Shown here: positions 27,038 to 31,114 of the stretch, piece after piece
How positions within the stretch are numbered: the first letter of the stretch is position 1
Layout of the letters: every line of letters begins with the position of its first letter
Source: Candidatus Thorarchaeota archaeon
GTDB lineage: Archaea > Asgardarchaeota > Thorarchaeia > Thorarchaeales > Thorarchaeaceae
NCBI GenBank assembly: GCA_003345545.1
Contig: PRDH01000053.1
Location: 1 to 31,114 of the forward strand
Reading direction: 5' to 3'
Length of the DNA stretch: 31,114 nt
Translations under genes and position numbers: made by a program
Notes under the pieces: model-generated
Seen by the model: the letters and a program-made list of their open reading frames with translations, nothing else
Database searches by the model: none
Told to the model about the DNA's origin: nothing

Positions 27038-28300
27038 CTACTTACTTACCTCATCAAGTATCTCTTTTGCTCTCTCAACTTTCACATTCCTTTCTTCGAC
27101 GAGCCTCTTGGCAATGATGTCAACCTGCTCTCCACGGGCTCCTGCCGTCGCCGCCACATTGCGTGCGTGAAGCGCCATATGTCCCTTCTGAATGCCCTCA
27201 GAAGCCAATGCACGGAGTGCAGCCAGGTTCTGTGCGAGTCCGACACTAGCAATGACATGTCCCAACTCGAGTGCTGTCTTCACACCTAGTATTTTCACGC
27301 ATGCCCGTGCAACAGGATGAACCTTTGTCGCACCACCGACAAGACCCACTGCCATAGGGATCTCAATCGAGCCCACTAGGTTTCCATCTATGTCCTTCTC
27401 ATATTTTGTGAGGGACTTGTATCCATCGACTGCTGCGTAGCTGTGGGCTCCTGCTTCAATCGCGCGGAAGTCGTTGCCTGTGGCAATCACCACTGCATCA
27501 ATTCCGTTCATGATGCCCTTGTTGTGTGTCGCACATCTGTAGGGATCTGCCTCCGCAAAAGCCCACGCAGCAATGATATCGTTGACGACATCATCTCCGC
27601 CAAGCATTTCCTTATCGAAGGTTGCCCTGGCGCGGACAAGCCTATACTCAGCTAAATTCGAGAGTATCCTGAGGATCACTCTCCCATCTGTCAACTTCTC
27701 TATTCGTGGAGCCAGTGCCTCGGCCATTGTATTGACTGCATTCGCGCCCATCGCGTCTCGCGTGTCGATGATCAGCTCTGTGATGAGCATCACACCCGCG
27801 GACGTGTCAATGATGCGGACTCTAAGATCTCTTGCTCCTCCTCCAAAGCGCACTAATATGGGATCCTGCTCATTCGCCAGTCGCAGCAACTCATCTTTCG
27901 CTTCAATGACTCTGTTCTTCGCAGCATAGGGCGTGGGTACTTCGACAACCTGAATCTGGGCAATCATCAGTGGCCCTGTATCTGTTGCTGTGAATCCCCC
28001 GAGGTTTCTTGCCATTCTTGCCGCATTGCTCGCGGCTGCTACAACAGATGGTTCTTCGAGAGCCATGGGTATCACGTAGTCTTTTCCGTCGATCTTGAAG
28101 TTAGTCGCTATTCCGAGAGGTAGGGTCATGGCTCCCACCACATTCTCAATCATGTGGTCAAGAATCTCTAGGTCTACTTTCCCAGGATCAATCAGCGGTC
28201 CAAGATCATCTTCGCCAAGCCCGGTGACCTTCATGAGCATCTTCACGCGTTCCTTACGTGACAGTTTATAGAATCCTGACATCTTCGAATCTTCGACCAT
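27038..28300 (-). CDS. mvaA: Class II (bacterial-type) HMG-CoA reductase
   Basis: SGFYKLS, MIENVVG, EEPSVVAA, DAMGAN, THNKGIMNGI and EGIQKGHMALH. Start at ATG 28300. Confidence 0.95.
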   Translation of the reverse strand: MVEDSKMSGFYKLSRKERVKMLMKVTGLGEDDLGPLIDPGKVDLEILDHMIENVVGAMTLPLGIATNFKIDGKDYVIPMALEEPSVVAAASNAARMARNLGGFTATDTGPLMIAQIQVVEVPTPYAAKNRVIEAKDELLRLANEQDPILVRFGGGARDLRVRIIDTSAGVMLITELIIDTRDAMGANAVNTMAEALAPRIEKLTDGRVILRILSNLAEYRLVRARATFDKEMLGGDDVVNDIIAAWAFAEADPYRCATHNKGIMNGIDAVVIATGNDFRAIEAGAHSYAAVDGYKSLTKYEKDIDGNLVGSIEIPMAVGLVGGATKVHPVARACVKILGVKTALELGHVIASVGLAQNLAALRALASEGIQKGHMALHARNVAATAGARGEQVDIIAKRLVEERNVKVERAKEILDEVSK

Positions 28301-28442
28301 TATAAGACCTCGGCAGCTTTGACACCCATCATCGACTTTTCCATAAAAGACTGTTCCTATTATGATAAAAAGCAGTAAGCCAGAGTAATCAACCATAGGG
28401 TTTATTTCACAACCATTGAACGTTGCTACTTGGATGAATAGC

Positions 28443-29960
28443 ATGAGTTCAGAGCGTGATTTCGGTGAAACTATCACTGGCTTAGCCAAGAAACGGGGAT
28501 TCTTCTGGGGCCCCTCTCCAGAGATCTACGGAGGCAGCTCTGGATTCTATGACTTGGGTCCTCTTGGCAAACTATTGAAGAACCGTCTTGAGAGCATTAT
28601 TCGCTCGTCATTCGTAAGGGCGAATTTCTGGGAGGTCGAATGTCCTACAGTTTCTCAGGCTGCGGTGTGGAAAGCTTCTGGACATCTAGATGGATTCGTC
28701 GATCCCGTCACCCAATGCATAAAGTGTGGACAGATCTATCGTGCTGACAACCTAATTGAGGAACAATCTCCTGGTGCAAGGATTGCAGGGCAGTCACTGG
28801 ATGAGCTCACTGAGAGCATCAAGAAACTTGGCGTAGTCTGCCCATCATGCCGGAGTCCTTTAGGTAAAGTGGAACCGTTCAATCTCATGATGAAGACAAG
28901 ACTGGGCCTCGACCAAGATGCGTACTTGAGACCAGAGACCGCCACAACGACCTACTTGCTTTTCCGACGCTTCTTGACCTTCTTCCGGGACAAACTTCCA
29001 ATGTCAGTCTTTCAAATCGGTAAGGCGTACCGGAATGAGATCTCTCCCCGGCAGGGCATGCTACGCCTGCGTGAGTTTACCCAAACGGAGGGTCAGATCT
29101 TCATACTCGAAGAGGATGAGAAATCTTGGCCGCAGTTTGACGAGATAAAGGACAACGTGCTTCCGCTCCTCCCTTACGCCACTCAGCAGAAGGGCGATAG
29201 TGCACCCCTCAAGATGAAGTTGTCCGAGGCAATCAAGAAGAATCATTTCCGAAATGCCGGATATGCATGGTGTGTCAATCTTGCCTACACCATCTTTCGA
29301 AGCATGGGCTTTGCAGAGGAAAAGATGCGTCTCAGACAGCACTCTCCTGCCGAGCGTGCTCACTATGCGAAGGATGCGTGGGACGTAGAGGTACTCACAA
29401 AGAGCTTTGGCTGGGTGGAGTGTTGCGGTATCCACGACCGAGGCAATTACGATCTCACCAGACATCAGGAGTTCTCCAAGGAGAAGCTGAGTGTCACAGT
29501 TGACAAGCAGCTTGTTGTCCCTAATGTGCTTGAGATTGCCTTCGGTATCGAGAGGCCCCTCTTCTGCCTAATTGACAATTCATTCCAACCTGAGAGTGAG
29601 GCTCGCGACACGGATTGGCTGAGATTTCCTCCAGAAGTGGCTCCCATTCAGGTTGCTGTGTTTCCTCTGATGGGCAAGGATGAACTTGTTGGACCAGCTA
29701 GCGAGATCTATGATGCACTGATGGACTTGGGATTAATTGTGCAGTTCGACGTTGGCGGTTCGATAGGTAAGAGGTACAGACGTCAGGATGAGGTAGGTAC
29801 TCCCTTCTGTGTCACTATTGATTATACAACAATCGAGGATGGCACGGTCACCATTAGAGAACGTGACTCAATGGAGCAGGTCAGAGTGCACAAGGACGAG
29901 CTCCCACAAGTGCTAAGAAAACTCGTTCGTGGACTGATGCTCTTCAGTTCATTGAAGTAG
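28443..29960 (+). CDS. glyS: Glycyl-tRNA synthetase (homodimeric archaeal/eukaryotic type)
   Basis: AKKRGFF, EIYGG, ASGH, LRPETA, RNEISPRQG, REFTQ, AHYA and SIGKRYRRQDEVGTP, plus a CxxC..CxxC insert. Confidence 0.97.
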   Translation: MSSERDFGETITGLAKKRGFFWGPSPEIYGGSSGFYDLGPLGKLLKNRLESIIRSSFVRANFWEVECPTVSQAAVWKASGHLDGFVDPVTQCIKCGQIYRADNLIEEQSPGARIAGQSLDELTESIKKLGVVCPSCRSPLGKVEPFNLMMKTRLGLDQDAYLRPETATTTYLLFRRFLTFFRDKLPMSVFQIGKAYRNEISPRQGMLRLREFTQTEGQIFILEEDEKSWPQFDEIKDNVLPLLPYATQQKGDSAPLKMKLSEAIKKNHFRNAGYAWCVNLAYTIFRSMGFAEEKMRLRQHSPAERAHYAKDAWDVEVLTKSFGWVECCGIHDRGNYDLTRHQEFSKEKLSVTVDKQLVVPNVLEIAFGIERPLFCLIDNSFQPESEARDTDWLRFPPEVAPIQVAVFPLMGKDELVGPASEIYDALMDLGLIVQFDVGGSIGKRYRRQDEVGTPFCVTIDYTTIEDGTVTIRERDSMEQVRVHKDELPQVLRKLVRGLMLFSSLK

Positions 29961-30057
29961 ACTCGATGATATGAAATACTATAAGTCTACAAGACAACTT
30001 GTCTTCGAAATGCTCCGTAGCTGTCTGTTGCTCTAGAGGATTGAGGAAGCCATCAAA

Positions 30058-30507
30058 ATGCAGTATCTAACTGATGATTTGGTCATCTTCTATTTGTCGA
30101 TGAATGCCATCCTTGCTAGTGCATTTCTTAGCGATTTCCTCTTCTCACGATGGCTTATCAAGAGGGAAGTGACTCCTGCTGCTGATGCGAAAAGAGAGAT
30201 GGATCTAGCTCCAGCTGGCCTGTCGGCATTCGGGGTGCTCATTGCTGTGTGTGTCCTTGGACTATTGATGTTCTCCTTCCCTGAATCATTCATTCTGATT
30301 CTCGAAAGCAACTCTCTTTTTCCTCTACTGCTAGTTGCGGCCATTCTCTCGGCGTCCTACTGCGGTGGAAGACTAGCCTATGCTACAATGAGACCTAGCA
30401 CGAATGAAAACCCGTTTGTTCTGGATGATTCTAGAAACGAACAATCTGAACATAAGTGGAGTATTTTGAAAAGTATTCGCCTATTCATCTCAATATCAAA
30501 ATGGTGA
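30058..30507 (+). CDS. Hypothetical 3-TM membrane protein
   Basis: Hydrophobic segments. GAGGA upstream. Confidence 0.65.
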   Translation: MQYLTDDLVIFYLSMNAILASAFLSDFLFSRWLIKREVTPAADAKREMDLAPAGLSAFGVLIAVCVLGLLMFSFPESFILILESNSLFPLLLVAAILSASYCGGRLAYATMRPSTNENPFVLDDSRNEQSEHKWSILKSIRLFISISKW

Positions 30508-30531
30508 GGTAGAGCTGCAATCATTTACCGC

Positions 30532-30891
30532 TCAGAAGATGAGTTCCTTCTTCATCATGACTTTTCCCTTTGCGGTAGGTACTCCTTCTTCCTCGCAATT
30601 CCTACGTCTTCCAGCAGCTGCAGCGGCATCTCCACCAAAACTGCCATCTTCTTTCACAACACGGTGACAGGCAACGACAGGAAAGAGCGGATTCCTGTGC
30701 AGTGAGTGAGCCACAGCACGATATGCCTTGGGTTTTCCAATCATCCTGGCGACTCTACCATAGGTACTGACCCTTCCTCTCGGGATCCTGAATGTCGCCG
30801 CATACACCATACTGTCGAACACAGTATAGCCTGGTATCTCGAGTGTTGCTCTTTTTACGTCATCTTCTGTTCTAATCTTACTGAGGTCCAT
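30532..30891 (-). CDS. Single-domain MGMT-family (O6-alkylguanine alkyltransferase-like) protein
   Basis: IPRGRVSTYG, YRAVA, NP...ACHRVV and EEGV. Start at 30891 or 30933. Confidence 0.9.
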   Translation of the reverse strand: MDLSKIRTEDDVKRATLEIPGYTVFDSMVYAATFRIPRGRVSTYGRVARMIGKPKAYRAVAHSLHRNPLFPVVACHRVVKEDGSFGGDAAAAAGRRRNCEEEGVPTAKGKVMMKKELIF

Positions 30892-31051
30892 CCTTCTGCT
30901 CTCCAAGTAGTTGATTGGAAACCCCTCGAGCATGATGAATATGGCTGTTTCACTCAGCGCAACCGAGTAAGCCAGTTGTTGGAAAAACTGCGATTCTTGA
31001 GAAAGAGAGATAAGGCTGAAGGTCTATCAGAGCAGCAAAAGAGGGTGTTAG

Positions 31052-31114
31052 ATGAGCGAGAGCAACGAACCCATCACAATAAAGAGCATCCTTGTGGCCG
31101 TGGACGGATCCGCG
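31052..31114 (+). CDS. Universal stress protein (UspA family), 5' part only
   Basis: Hand-translated MSESNEPITIKSILVAVDGSA, containing the USP strand-1 motif ILVAVDGS. GAGGGTG SD upstream. Confidence 0.8.
   Translation, partial: MSESNEPITIKSILVAVDGSA

Noticed and set aside
28301-28489. Apparent head-to-head overlap of the HMGR and GlyRS ORFs
   Set aside because: Artefact of longest-ORF starts. The likely starts (28300 and ~28443) leave an AT-rich divergent promoter.

Overview
Gene-dense archaeal chromosome segment with about 30 CDS. I found no rRNA, tRNA, CRISPR array or mobile element. The archaeal-type SAM synthetase, TrpRS, GlyRS and Nre homologue show it is archaeal. A CINP-like protein, SNAP-like solenoids and membrane-anchored M28 and beta-helix proteins suggest an Asgard archaeon, possibly Thorarchaeia (inference). 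Housekeeping genes include mat, trpS, glyS, AlaX, class II HMG-CoA reductase, an M3A oligopeptidase, an RNase Z-like hydrolase, MGMT and UspA. The most interesting candidates are: (i) a CINP/C1orf109-like eukaryotic-signature protein; (ii) a tail-to-tail pair of alpha-SNAP-like proteins, one fused to Ig-like domains; (iii) a dispersed YdjG/YdjI-type SPFH/Zn-ribbon membrane module; (iv) an internally duplicated TYW3-like protein; (v) an M28 peptidase with its catalytic EE replaced by AH; (vi) a PIP-less, Zn-finger-less Nre paralogue with a nested inverted-repeat element upstream; (vii) an HTH-CBS regulator divergent from mat; and (viii) repeated hairpin+U-tract terminators. All family calls come from motif recognition by eye; no searches were run.
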